Of a DNA stretch of 64,000 nt, positions 38,148 through 47,072 are shown in pieces. Every line of letters begins with the position of its first letter. Positions within the stretch are counted from its first letter, which is position 1. The DNA lies in the NCBI GenBank assembly GCA_044229845.1, contig JBGASG010000002.1, positions 416,001 through 480,000 of the forward strand, read 5' to 3'. A program made the translations under genes and the position numbers. The notes beneath the pieces are model-generated. The model worked only from the letters and a program-made list of their open reading frames with translations. It was not told the DNA's origin and ran no database searches. The DNA comes from Candidatus Obscuribacteraceae bacterium (lineage in GTDB: Bacteria; Cyanobacteriota; Vampirovibrionia; Obscuribacterales; Obscuribacteraceae).

Positions 38148-39461
38148 TTATTTGCGTCCCGCACCAACGGCGGTGACAGATTCCAGTGCCTGACGCATCA
38201 CCTTCAAGGTCTGGTCGACATTCTCTTTATTGATATTGAGCGCCGGCTTGATGCGAATGACGTTGCCGTAGAGGCCGCCTTTTCCGAGGATGACACCATT
38301 GTCTTTGGCGAATTCCACGATTTTGGCGGTCTCTTCAACCAGCGGCGTCTTCTTCTCATCGGCGATTTCAACGCCGAGCATCAGCCCCTTGCCGCGAATG
38401 TCGGCCATGATCGGGAACGTCTTGGCCAGATCCTTGAGCCCTTCGACGAAGTAGTCACCGATCTTCTTGGCGTTCTCCATCAGTTTTTCTTCTTCGATGA
38501 CTTCCAGCACGGCAAGCGCTGTGGCGCTGGAAACCGGGTTGCCTCCGAAGGTGTTGATCACTGATTTCTGTCCCGCTTTGGCGATATCAGGGGTGGTGAT
38601 ATAGGCACCAATCGGCAGACCGTTGCCCAAGCCTTTAGCCATGGTCATGAAATCCGGCTGCACTCCATAGCTGGAGATGCCGAACATATGTGTGCCAGTG
38701 CGTCCGAAACCGGTCTGCACTTCGTCGGCGATGAAGAGAACACCATACTTGTCGAGAATCTGTTTAACCTCTTTGAAGTACGGTTCAGGCGGTGTGATCG
38801 TGCCGCCCACGCCCTGGATCGGCTCGGCAATGAAGACTGCCGGCTGCCCGCTGGTAGCCGTTTGAATCACGCGCTCCACTTCTTTAGCGCACTCGAGATT
38901 GCAGTTGTCCGGTGTCTTTTTGAACGGGCAACGGTAGCAGTAAGCGTTGGCCACGTGCACGACGCTGGCGGCACCGGGCACCGGATAACGATAGCCTTGC
39001 ACCGCGGTTAGTGTCGAAGCCAGGTGCGACTGACCATGATAGGCATGCTGGAGAGCCATGACTTCATGTCTGCCGCTAGCCATTTTGGCCATCAGGATAG
39101 CGCCTTCATTGGCTTCGGTGCCGGAGTTGGTGATGTACGACTTGCTCAGATCGCCGGGTGTTATCTGGGCGAGCTTCTCGGCCAAGTCGACCATCGGCTG
39201 GGTCATGAAGACGGTGGACGTATGTTGCAGGGTCTGCAACTGGTCGACAGTCGCCTTGGTGACTTTCGGGTGGCAGTGCCCAACGCTGACTGTGACGATG
39301 CCGGCAAACATATCGAGATACTCTTTGCCTTCGTCGTCATAGAGAAACTGAGCCTTGCCGCGCACGAAATGCGGTGGGTTGCTGTACAGCTGTTTGACAC
39401 CGGGGATGACGTATTTCTCGCGTTTCTTCTTCAGTTCTTCGCGGCTAAGTGTTGCGGTCAC
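38148..39461 (-). CDS. Class III aminotransferase (AGXT2-like; probable beta-alanine transaminase)
   Basis: YLDMFAGI.TVS.GH.HP, FIADEVQTGFGRTG, MAKG.GNG; GTG start after GGAGG. Confidence 0.9.
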   Translation of the reverse strand: MTATLSREELKKKREKYVIPGVKQLYSNPPHFVRGKAQFLYDDEGKEYLDMFAGIVTVSVGHCHPKVTKATVDQLQTLQHTSTVFMTQPMVDLAEKLAQITPGDLSKSYITNSGTEANEGAILMAKMASGRHEVMALQHAYHGQSHLASTLTAVQGYRYPVPGAASVVHVANAYCYRCPFKKTPDNCNLECAKEVERVIQTATSGQPAVFIAEPIQGVGGTITPPEPYFKEVKQILDKYGVLFIADEVQTGFGRTGTHMFGISSYGVQPDFMTMAKGLGNGLPIGAYITTPDIAKAGQKSVINTFGGNPVSSATALAVLEVIEEEKLMENAKKIGDYFVEGLKDLAKTFPIMADIRGKGLMLGVEIADEKKTPLVEETAKIVEFAKDNGVILGKGGLYGNVIRIKPALNINKENVDQTLKVMRQALESVTAVGAGRK

Positions 39462-39779
39462 AGTTCCTCCTTCACACGCTCTCTGCTGCACACACGACAG
39501 CATCCAGCAGCATGCATCGAGCACACACTGGTGAGAATCGAAAGGCTATTGAGCAGCCTTCAAACAAGTTTACAAATAGTACTCATCTGTATATATAGGC
39601 GTCAAGAAACTCTGATTAATGCTTACTAACCTGGAGTCCCGCCGACGGCGCGCGCCGCCGCTTGGTATCGGATGTGGTATCAGAACCGGCGGTTTTATCC
39701 ATTCTCCTTGATACCGGACTGCGCACCGCTCAAAAATGTGTAGGCAAACGTTACCTTGCCTATAAATTTTCGCGATTTC

Positions 39780-39809
39780 TTGACACTGGCGAGACTCGAC
39801 TGTTACGAT
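39780..39809 (+). promoter_or_regulatory. Sigma70-type promoter for tRNA-Lys
   Basis: TTGACA (39780-39785), 18-nt spacer, extended -10 TGnTACGAT (39801-39809). Confidence 0.8.
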
Positions 39810-39834
39810 GAGAATTCGCGTTTTAAGCGGGTTT

Positions 39835-39907
39835 GCGCCCGTAGCTCAGTTGGTAGAGCACTCGGCTTTTAACCGATTGGTCCTGCGTTCGAGTCGCAGC
39901 GGGCGCA
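39835..39907 (+). tRNA. tRNA-Lys (anticodon UUU), CCA not encoded
   Basis: Cloverleaf: acceptor GCGCCCG/CGGGCGC, D-arm GCTC/GAGC, anticodon loop CTTTTAA, T-arm CTGCG-TTCGAGT-CGCAG. Confidence 0.97.
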
Positions 39908-39919
39908 AAGTGTCTGAGA

Positions 39920-39953
39920 AGGAGGCAGAATTATTCTGCCTCCTCTCTTTTTT
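39920..39953 (+). terminator. Intrinsic terminator after tRNA-Lys
   Basis: AGGAGGCAGAA-TTA-TTCTGCCTCCT followed by CTCTTTTTT. Confidence 0.88.
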
Positions 39954-40004
39954 GAAAAAATTCTGTCTTTATGTGGTATGTAGAGGTGTCGCAAAGCGAA
40001 TCAC

Positions 40005-42785
40005 ATGTCACTCTCAGAAACAGCTGTTGCAATTCAGAATATAGTTCGCGCGAGTAACTCGTTCGGTTTGGCGCTACTGCAGCACCTTTCAGCGATTTAC
40101 TCAGGCAACATAATCATTTCGCCGTTCAGCTTATCAGCCGCATTAACGATGACGGCCAACGGCGCCAATACGACAACGAAGCAAACCATTTTCCAAGCGG
40201 CGGGGCTGTCAGGAGCACCGGTAACTGCATTAAATGCCGCCTACTCGTCGCTCATCCAGATGTACTCAAGCACCAGCCCAACGTGCATGTACAACGTCTC
40301 TAACTCGCTCTGGCTGAGCATGCAGCACAATATCGACCCGACCTTCGCTCAGCAGATCGCACCACGATATTTTGCCGATGCGCGCAATATCGACTTCCGG
40401 TCGCCGGAAGCAGCCACGGCATTAAACCTCTGGGTGGCCCAGCGCACCAACGGAAAAATCACCGATGCCGTGCGCACGCTCGATCCAAACTCGGCGATGG
40501 TTCTTTTGAATGCCACTTATTTCAGAGCCGCGTGGCAAAGCAAATTTTCAGACCAGATGACGCAACCCGGGGTTTTCAACCAATCCGGAACCGCCGTCAA
40601 TGTACAGATGATGTCGCAGACCAGTCGCTTCGGATTTTGTCCGGCGGAACAGTTTGATGCCGTGTCGTTGCCTTATCAGGGACCGGTGCGCATGAGCATC
40701 GTGGTGCCCAACACGGCAGACCTGCCCCTCGACGCTCTGGCAGCGGGCATCTCGATGGAGATCTGGCAGCAGATTCGCGACTACCTGGGCAGTCAGCTGT
40801 CTTACGGTCGCATCACCATGCCCAAATTCAACCTCAAGTCATACTTAAGCTTGCGGGAAGGGCTGACCAGAGCCGGACTGGGCGAAATTTTCGATCCCAA
40901 TCGCGCCGACCTGACCGGCTTGACCGCCGGAAAGCCTGGATTTATCAGCCAGATCGATCATGCAGCTTGCCTGAGCGCCGACGAAAGCGGCACCGAATCG
41001 CCGCCGTCACCCACGCCGCCGCCAGTCAGCCAGGCGGTGATGGAATTCGACATGACCGTCGATAAACCGTTCTTGCTGGTTATCGAAGACGCGCAGACTG
41101 GCGCTTTCCTGTATCTCGGTTTGATCAGAAACATTGTAGAAACGGCGCCACAACGCACCGCCAGTGATACCGGTGCCCTGTCCATTCCGCAACCGGCAGC
41201 AGCTGCTGCGGCCGCTCCCGCCGCTCCCGCCAGTGAACCAGCCAGCCCGCGGCTGGTCGAGTTCGACCACAGCGAAGCCACCAGCGAATTTCCAGCCTTT
41301 GCGGACGAAACGCCTGCGGCGGCACCGGCCAATCCGGCCACCATGCCGACCGAAGCGCACTCGAAACCGCAGATGACCAACAATCCCGCCGCCGCTTATG
41401 CGCAGCAGCCCTTGCCGGCCGAGCAAATGCGACAGGCCGGCGATTGGCTCGATCAAGTTGCCGAAGATCAAATGGAGACAGCCGCCAGCTGGCCCTCCCT
41501 GCAATCGCTGGGAGCCGCACCGGGCGGGGCTCAACCAGCCGCATCCGCAGCACAACCAGCTCCCGCGGCACCGGCACAGGCACCACCACCGCCACCACCT
41601 GCGCCAGACGCACCGCCTGAACCTGAACCTTTACCTGCAGTGTCACCGGACTCGTCACCGCCCCAGGCTGACTCCTCCCTGGACGACGCCAACTGGGCGC
41701 CGCAAGGCGGTTGGGGAGACAGCGAACAATCCAGCTGGCTTGACCAAAACAAAACAGAAGGCGCCAGCGAATGGGCGACCAAGCCGTCCGCCGGCGACTG
41801 GTCGTCGTCAGCGATTCCACCGGCACCGCCACCGGCCGCTACTGAGGCTCCGTCCGCCGCCGCGCCAAATCCATTGAGCGATCTCAACTCCGACTGGGCC
41901 GCGCCCAGTACTCCCAGCAAAGATGATTGGGCCGCTCCCAGCACTCCTAATAAAGACGACTGGGCCGCTCCCAGCAACAGCAATCCACTTAGCGATCTGG
42001 GCAGCGACTGGGCAGCGCCGAGCAGCGGCAATGCCGATTCCGGCAATGCAGGGAGCGCGGCGGGAGAACCCGGCGCCGGCAACTGGTTGTCCGACAACAC
42101 GCCTAAATCCGACTGGGCATCGCCTGGCGAAGACTGGGCGGCTCCTTCGAAGGTGCAAGCCAATCCGGATTGGGCAACTCCTCAGCAGTCTGCCATGGAT
42201 CAGTCGAGCGCCTCGGGCAACTGGAAAGCTATTCCCAACCCACCGCTCATGGACAGAACGCCCGGACCCGCAGCAGCCTCGGCATCGTCTTCAGCAATCA
42301 CCGGCGATAATCCCTCGCAGTCTGCGTTTGCGCCACAAAATCCCGCCCCCGCTGCCGGCGAAGCTTACGACCTGGCGGCCCTGAACGCCATCGCCACCCC
42401 CAAACCGACCGGCGGTTTCAACCTGTCGGAACTGGACTCCATTCGAGCACCCGGCAGCACTGCCGAAGAACCCAAACCCTCGATAGCCGACTTGAACAGC
42501 ATTCCCACTCCCAAGCCTGCGCCCGTGCCGAAGGGCACCACCGGCGAATGGTCGAAAACCGCTGCCCACTCCGCCGAAGGCGAACAGCTGGTGCAAGGGT
42601 TCGCCACCAGAGGCGACCCGGACGCAGCCAAAGAAAAACGGGACTCCCTGCGCAGCCTGCGGGGCGGTGGTGGCAGTTCGGCGAATATGCGCGGCGTCAA
42701 AGCTTCTTCGAATTCACCCGGCGGTGAAGGCTTTATGGCCGCCATCATGAACTTCTTCGGACGCATGTTCGGCCGCCGAGACTAA
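40005..42785 (+). CDS. Serpin-domain protein with long low-complexity, Trp-repeat C-terminal extension
   Basis: N.FGL.L, NIIISPFS...AL.M...GA...T, N.WV...TNGKI, LLNA.YF.A.W...F, MPKF, DE.GTE, DKPFL..I in the first ~375 aa. Confidence 0.9.
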   Translation: MSLSETAVAIQNIVRASNSFGLALLQHLSAIYSGNIIISPFSLSAALTMTANGANTTTKQTIFQAAGLSGAPVTALNAAYSSLIQMYSSTSPTCMYNVSNSLWLSMQHNIDPTFAQQIAPRYFADARNIDFRSPEAATALNLWVAQRTNGKITDAVRTLDPNSAMVLLNATYFRAAWQSKFSDQMTQPGVFNQSGTAVNVQMMSQTSRFGFCPAEQFDAVSLPYQGPVRMSIVVPNTADLPLDALAAGISMEIWQQIRDYLGSQLSYGRITMPKFNLKSYLSLREGLTRAGLGEIFDPNRADLTGLTAGKPGFISQIDHAACLSADESGTESPPSPTPPPVSQAVMEFDMTVDKPFLLVIEDAQTGAFLYLGLIRNIVETAPQRTASDTGALSIPQPAAAAAAAPAAPASEPASPRLVEFDHSEATSEFPAFADETPAAAPANPATMPTEAHSKPQMTNNPAAAYAQQPLPAEQMRQAGDWLDQVAEDQMETAASWPSLQSLGAAPGGAQPAASAAQPAPAAPAQAPPPPPPAPDAPPEPEPLPAVSPDSSPPQADSSLDDANWAPQGGWGDSEQSSWLDQNKTEGASEWATKPSAGDWSSSAIPPAPPPAATEAPSAAAPNPLSDLNSDWAAPSTPSKDDWAAPSTPNKDDWAAPSNSNPLSDLGSDWAAPSSGNADSGNAGSAAGEPGAGNWLSDNTPKSDWASPGEDWAAPSKVQANPDWATPQQSAMDQSSASGNWKAIPNPPLMDRTPGPAAASASSSAITGDNPSQSAFAPQNPAPAAGEAYDLAALNAIATPKPTGGFNLSELDSIRAPGSTAEEPKPSIADLNSIPTPKPAPVPKGTTGEWSKTAAHSAEGEQLVQGFATRGDPDAAKEKRDSLRSLRGGGGSSANMRGVKASSNSPGGEGFMAAIMNFFGRMFGRRD

Positions 42786-42826
42786 TTCGGCTGAACACAA
42801 CTGAGCACCAGATATGGTGCAAACCT

Positions 42827-43288
42827 TTACCAGGGGAAGTTGACCCGGAAAAAGAGCGGCGCGCTCTGGGACTTCAAACCTTGCGTGAAATCTAGAACGC
42901 CAATTTGCACTCCGCGTTCTTCGACGGAGGTCGGATAGAGATAAAGAGCCGCACTGAACTGTTCCACATAACCGCGGCGAGTGGCGCCTTCACTGAGCTT
43001 GAAAACAGCTTCCAGTCCGCGTGGCGACTTGAGCGGATGCTCCAGCTCGAAATATTTCTCCAGCAGATAGTCTTCGCCGTAGGGCGGCGGCTCGTCCTCA
43101 TCAATGGGCAGCGAGTGACTGCTCCACTGCCAGAGCACCAGGTCGGTGCCGCTTTTCTTCAGCGTCACTTGCAGGTGAGGAAACCAATGATCATCACTGT
43201 CCGACTCGCGGAAAACGTGAAGCCTGCCCCGCGTCAGCGAGGGGCGATCGATAAGCATCTGCCGGCCGACAGCATCTATCTCGTCCAT
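42827..43288 (-). CDS. Hypothetical protein
   Basis: 153-aa ORF with GGAGG RBS; fills the gap between flanking genes. Confidence 0.65.
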   Translation of the reverse strand: MDEIDAVGRQMLIDRPSLTRGRLHVFRESDSDDHWFPHLQVTLKKSGTDLVLWQWSSHSLPIDEDEPPPYGEDYLLEKYFELEHPLKSPRGLEAVFKLSEGATRRGYVEQFSAALYLYPTSVEERGVQIGVLDFTQGLKSQSAPLFFRVNFPW

Positions 43289-43347
43289 TGGTGAATCCTC
43301 CGAGACAAGAATAGCAGGCAGGACCTGAGGGTCGACAGTGAGTTAAG

Positions 43348-44565
43348 ATGAATGATGATTTCGTGCACAGAAAAGAAACGGTCACTTCCGTGTTGCTTCG
43401 CCAGATTACAACTTCGCTTCTCAGTCTCCTGGCGTCCTGCCTGGTGCTTGGTTTCTCGGCCAGTCCGGCTGGTGCGGAACAGACAGCGATCACGGTGCTC
43501 AATTACGTCACGGGCTGGTATCACGACGCGGGCGGCTATCATCCGGCCGTCTTTCTTCTCATAGAGAATACAAGCGGACGCGATCTGTCGGGCAAGTTCG
43601 TACGATTTCAAGGACGCTTCACCGACTTGCAAACAAGTGAAGTAGCGGTCGGACGAAAGGAAATACGTCAAGAGTTGAAGCCCTATCAACAAAGTCGCGT
43701 CTCGATCATCGCGCCATATGGTTACGAACTGCCGATGGAGGTCTACCGCTGGCCGACTATGGAAGTAAAAGTGATGTGCCGCATCGGCAATGTCGGCGAT
43801 GAAGGCACAGAAACTCTTCTGGTGACCAAACTGGAATCCGTAGCCCAGACAACCGAAGATGCTTACCAGACTCTGAACAACGCCTCCAGCTACGACGCTA
43901 ATGCGCTGCCCAAGAGCCACATCGTGCACCGTCCCGCCACACCGCACAAAGAGCCGACGGTTGCCCCTGCTCCGCCGGCCGAAACTCGCCCGCTGGTTGC
44001 CACCGCCGGCAAAATGCCGGTGACACCGCAAATCGCGCCGGAGGGCAATGCAACTCGCAACCTGTTGAGCAGCAAGAGCCTGCCCGGGCTGGGAGACGAT
44101 TTTTACAACTTCGAGCAGCGCTTCGGGCTGCCAATCGCCACAGACGCCAAACAAGCCGATTGGACCTGGGCTAAGTTCAGGCACGAAACATCGGGAGTCA
44201 ACCTGGTCGTAGGTTCGAAAGAACGAACCGGCAAAGCCGACCTGATAGTCGTTGAACTGAGACGCAGCGAGGTCGGCTCCGACACAAATGCGCTCGATCT
44301 GGCCCGTTCACTGACAGGCAAGCTGCGTACTCAAAGCCCGGGGCAGCCAGTAAAAAGCGTGCGCTATCTGGCGAGCGGACGTGTCGAGCTTACCGCTTGC
44401 AAAGCAGCCACGTACCGGCTGATCTGCTTGTCTCCGCGAGCCGGAGAAGAGCGGCTGATTGTGATCATCTCGCGACTGCAGCAAGACCCGGAACAGCTTC
44501 TGGCGGCGCTCAAGAACCGGCAGCTTTTGAAAAGCATGTCGCCGCTTTTTACTGCCGAAAACTGA
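43348..44565 (+). CDS. Hypothetical exported protein, two domains joined by a Pro-rich linker
   Basis: Signal-peptide-like segment ending SPAGA; no recognisable family. Confidence 0.7.
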   Translation: MNDDFVHRKETVTSVLLRQITTSLLSLLASCLVLGFSASPAGAEQTAITVLNYVTGWYHDAGGYHPAVFLLIENTSGRDLSGKFVRFQGRFTDLQTSEVAVGRKEIRQELKPYQQSRVSIIAPYGYELPMEVYRWPTMEVKVMCRIGNVGDEGTETLLVTKLESVAQTTEDAYQTLNNASSYDANALPKSHIVHRPATPHKEPTVAPAPPAETRPLVATAGKMPVTPQIAPEGNATRNLLSSKSLPGLGDDFYNFEQRFGLPIATDAKQADWTWAKFRHETSGVNLVVGSKERTGKADLIVVELRRSEVGSDTNALDLARSLTGKLRTQSPGQPVKSVRYLASGRVELTACKAATYRLICLSPRAGEERLIVIISRLQQDPEQLLAALKNRQLLKSMSPLFTAEN

Positions 44566-44672
44566 CAGTAGCTGCGTTCCACAAATTTTGCACGCAATTA
44601 CCGGTACTCTGGCTGTGAATGCAGTGCGTCTCCCGTATTGCACCCGCCCAGGGCACCGGCAAGGACTTGGCC

Positions 44673-45242
44673 ATGGATACTACACAGTCATACTTCGAAC
44701 CATCAGCCGATGCCACGGACAAAATCTGCGGCTACGAGATCGGTGCGCTTGGCCGGCTCACACAGTTGCACGCTCGAGTCTTCCGCGATCGGCTCGGCTG
44801 CGATTCACGCTTTGAAGTGCAGGTTGCCCGAGAGCTGGCGGATTTTATTGAAAACTTCAACCCGCTGCACGACGCACTCTGGCTCTACAAGCGCTACAAC
44901 GCCATCGTCGGCTGCCTGGCTGTGGAGGGCAACCGCACAGAGAGCGACTGCGCGCGGTTGCGTTTCTTGATAGTCGATCCGCAATGCCAGCGCAACGGCA
45001 TCGGCAAAGCCCTGATGCGCAGGGCTCTGGAGTTTTGCCGCACCCGCTCTATAACCCACATTGCGGCCTCTACCACTCCGGAATTTTTTGAGGCTAGACA
45101 ACTCTTCGAAAAGTGCGGGTTCGCCATCACCGGTGAGACTGTCCACGAGATTTGTGGTCGCTCCCTGACGCTGCAACAGTTCCAGCTGACCTTGCAGGCA
45201 CCGCCCGCGCGCGCTAAAACCGTTTCTTACGGCATTTTTTAG
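44673..45242 (+). CDS. GNAT family N-acetyltransferase
   Basis: ARLRFLIVDP..Q.NGIGK.L, A..L.EK.GF; AAGGA RBS. Confidence 0.88.
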   Translation: MDTTQSYFEPSADATDKICGYEIGALGRLTQLHARVFRDRLGCDSRFEVQVARELADFIENFNPLHDALWLYKRYNAIVGCLAVEGNRTESDCARLRFLIVDPQCQRNGIGKALMRRALEFCRTRSITHIAASTTPEFFEARQLFEKCGFAITGETVHEICGRSLTLQQFQLTLQAPPARAKTVSYGIF

Positions 45243-45283
45243 AACCGGCCGCCAAATTAAACCCGTCACATCTGCCAGGCGCT

Positions 45284-45313
45284 CAACACTCAAGTGATAT
45301 CACTTTGGCATTG
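45284..45313. repeat. Third copy of the 30-bp palindromic element
   Basis: CAACACTCAAGTGATATCACTTTGGCATTG; 26/30 identical to 31331-31360. Confidence 0.85.
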
Positions 45314-45475
45314 CTGGAGTCCGCTTGAACACACGCGGCTACACTTCCTTAATAAAAAGGATGATAGAAGCAAAGAGGTTCGACTTTGCCTCATATAATT
45401 AGCGCTGGCAAATTCAAGGGTGTCTCGGCCCGCGGTAAAAATCCCTGTCACGTCGATGAGGTGAATGTTCGCAAT

Positions 45476-46594
45476 ATGCCGGTAAAATCGCCTGTGGAAA
45501 CAACAACGGTATCTGGAACAAGTTCGAGTTCGGAGTCAAAGGCAAAAGAGTTGGCAGTGACAGCGGGATCCCAGAAGCCTTCCATCGTCGATACCATTCC
45601 ATTACCTCTCGTGCTGATGCTGGCAGCACCGTATCTGGCAGGAAAGACCGCTGACAGCGCCATCACCCGCGCCCATAAGGTCTTCAAAGACAGTCGTTTC
45701 ACCTCGACCATCGACATTCTTGGCGAAGACGCCACCACTGACGCTGACTGCGACGGGTATGTCCTGCAGTACGAACGCCTGATCGACATGGTGGCTTCGG
45801 CACCACTACCGGTATCACGCCCGCAAGAACAGATGACTGTCTCGATGAAGCCATCGATGTTCAGCACCGTCTATCCACCGGCAGCCGTCGGTCCTGGAGC
45901 CGCCGAACTGGACAAAGCATTCGAACGCATCAAGCGCGTCACGCACTACGCCAAGAGCAAAAACGTAGCCATGACGCTGGAAGCCGAAGACCACAACTGG
46001 GCAGACTTCCACCTCGAGACCTATTTCACCTTGATCGAGGAAGGTTACACCAACCTCGGCACGGTGCTGCAGGCGCGCCTCTTCCGCACGAAGCAAGACG
46101 TAAAACGCTTCGACGAACGCATGCGCGTGCGCATGGTGATTGGCATCTACAACGAACCGAAAGAGGTTGCCTACACAGAGAAGCCGATCATGAAAGAGTT
46201 CTTGATTGACTACGCCGGCGACCTTTTGAAGCGCGGAACATACGTCGAGCTGGCAACGCATGATGCCGACTGCCTCGGAAAATTCTTCCATCAAATCGCT
46301 ATCCCTCAGCGCGTTCCAGCATCTTGCTTCGAAACTCAGTTTTTGCTGGGCGTGCCCCGTCAAAAGCTGGAAGAGGGCTTGGTGAGCGGTAAATACTTCA
46401 TCGACCTGGCAACCGAGGCCGGCACCCGCGATGCCGAATACCTGAGCGAACTGGCTCGCACCGGCATTCCGGTGCGCATGTACCTGCCCTTCGGGTCCGA
46501 CAAAGTGGCGGGACCATACTGCAAACGCCGCCTGAAAGCCAATCCCAACATGATGGCTTACGGCATCAAGAACTTGCTGCACATCCAGAGCTAA
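45476..46594 (+). CDS. Monofunctional proline dehydrogenase
   Basis: Y.AG, DILGE, GTVLQA.L.RT..D, G.Y.EP, ATHD, E.Q.L.GV, VRMYLPFG, Y..RRL..NP. Confidence 0.85.
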   Translation: MPVKSPVETTTVSGTSSSSESKAKELAVTAGSQKPSIVDTIPLPLVLMLAAPYLAGKTADSAITRAHKVFKDSRFTSTIDILGEDATTDADCDGYVLQYERLIDMVASAPLPVSRPQEQMTVSMKPSMFSTVYPPAAVGPGAAELDKAFERIKRVTHYAKSKNVAMTLEAEDHNWADFHLETYFTLIEEGYTNLGTVLQARLFRTKQDVKRFDERMRVRMVIGIYNEPKEVAYTEKPIMKEFLIDYAGDLLKRGTYVELATHDADCLGKFFHQIAIPQRVPASCFETQFLLGVPRQKLEEGLVSGKYFIDLATEAGTRDAEYLSELARTGIPVRMYLPFGSDKVAGPYCKRRLKANPNMMAYGIKNLLHIQS

Positions 46595-46603
46595 CGCCCT
46601 TAA

Positions 46604-47062
46604 CTAATGGTCTCCGCCGTTAGTGCCGGTGCCCATATCCTGAATGATCGCTGCGGCCAGGTCCACGCACTCGGCGCAGATATGCACGCTTGGACCCGCC
46701 ATGATCAGGCGGCTGTCTGTCTGATCCTGGTGGCAAAAGTCGCAGGTCGCCGTGTACGTGCCGTTGCTTTCGTGAATCCGCTCGATCCACTCCTTCACCC
46801 AGTCGACATAGCGCTCTTCTTCGCTGCGAATGTCTTCTTCATCCAGGTCTTCGGGCGAGAATTTGTGGACGATGAACCGCTCCACCGATGACGTGGATTT
46901 CTCGTAGTCGACGTTGAGCGTGTAGCGTTCTTGATAAATGGCTGTCTCTTTGTAGTAACCAAAGTGAGTGACGCGCTCGCGGCTATCGATCTCAGCGTAG
47001 AGACCATCCTTCTCTTCAGTCTGGAAGGCATCAAGCAAAGATTCGGGGCGCAGTACGGCCAT
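46604..47062 (-). CDS. Small acidic protein with C-terminal ClpX-type C4 zinc-binding domain
   Basis: CDFC...LIMAGPSVHICAECVDLA..II closely follows the ClpX ZBD pattern. Start at ATG 47062 avoids overlap. Confidence 0.8.
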   Translation of the reverse strand: MAVLRPESLLDAFQTEEKDGLYAEIDSRERVTHFGYYKETAIYQERYTLNVDYEKSTSSVERFIVHKFSPEDLDEEDIRSEEERYVDWVKEWIERIHESNGTYTATCDFCHQDQTDSRLIMAGPSVHICAECVDLAAAIIQDMGTGTNGGDH

Positions 47063-47072
47063 AGAACTCTTC

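Noticed and set aside
39835..42785. tRNA-Lys as the attachment site of an integrated island
   Set aside because: No integrase nearby and no duplicated tRNA 3' end seen; the tRNA is followed directly by its terminator.
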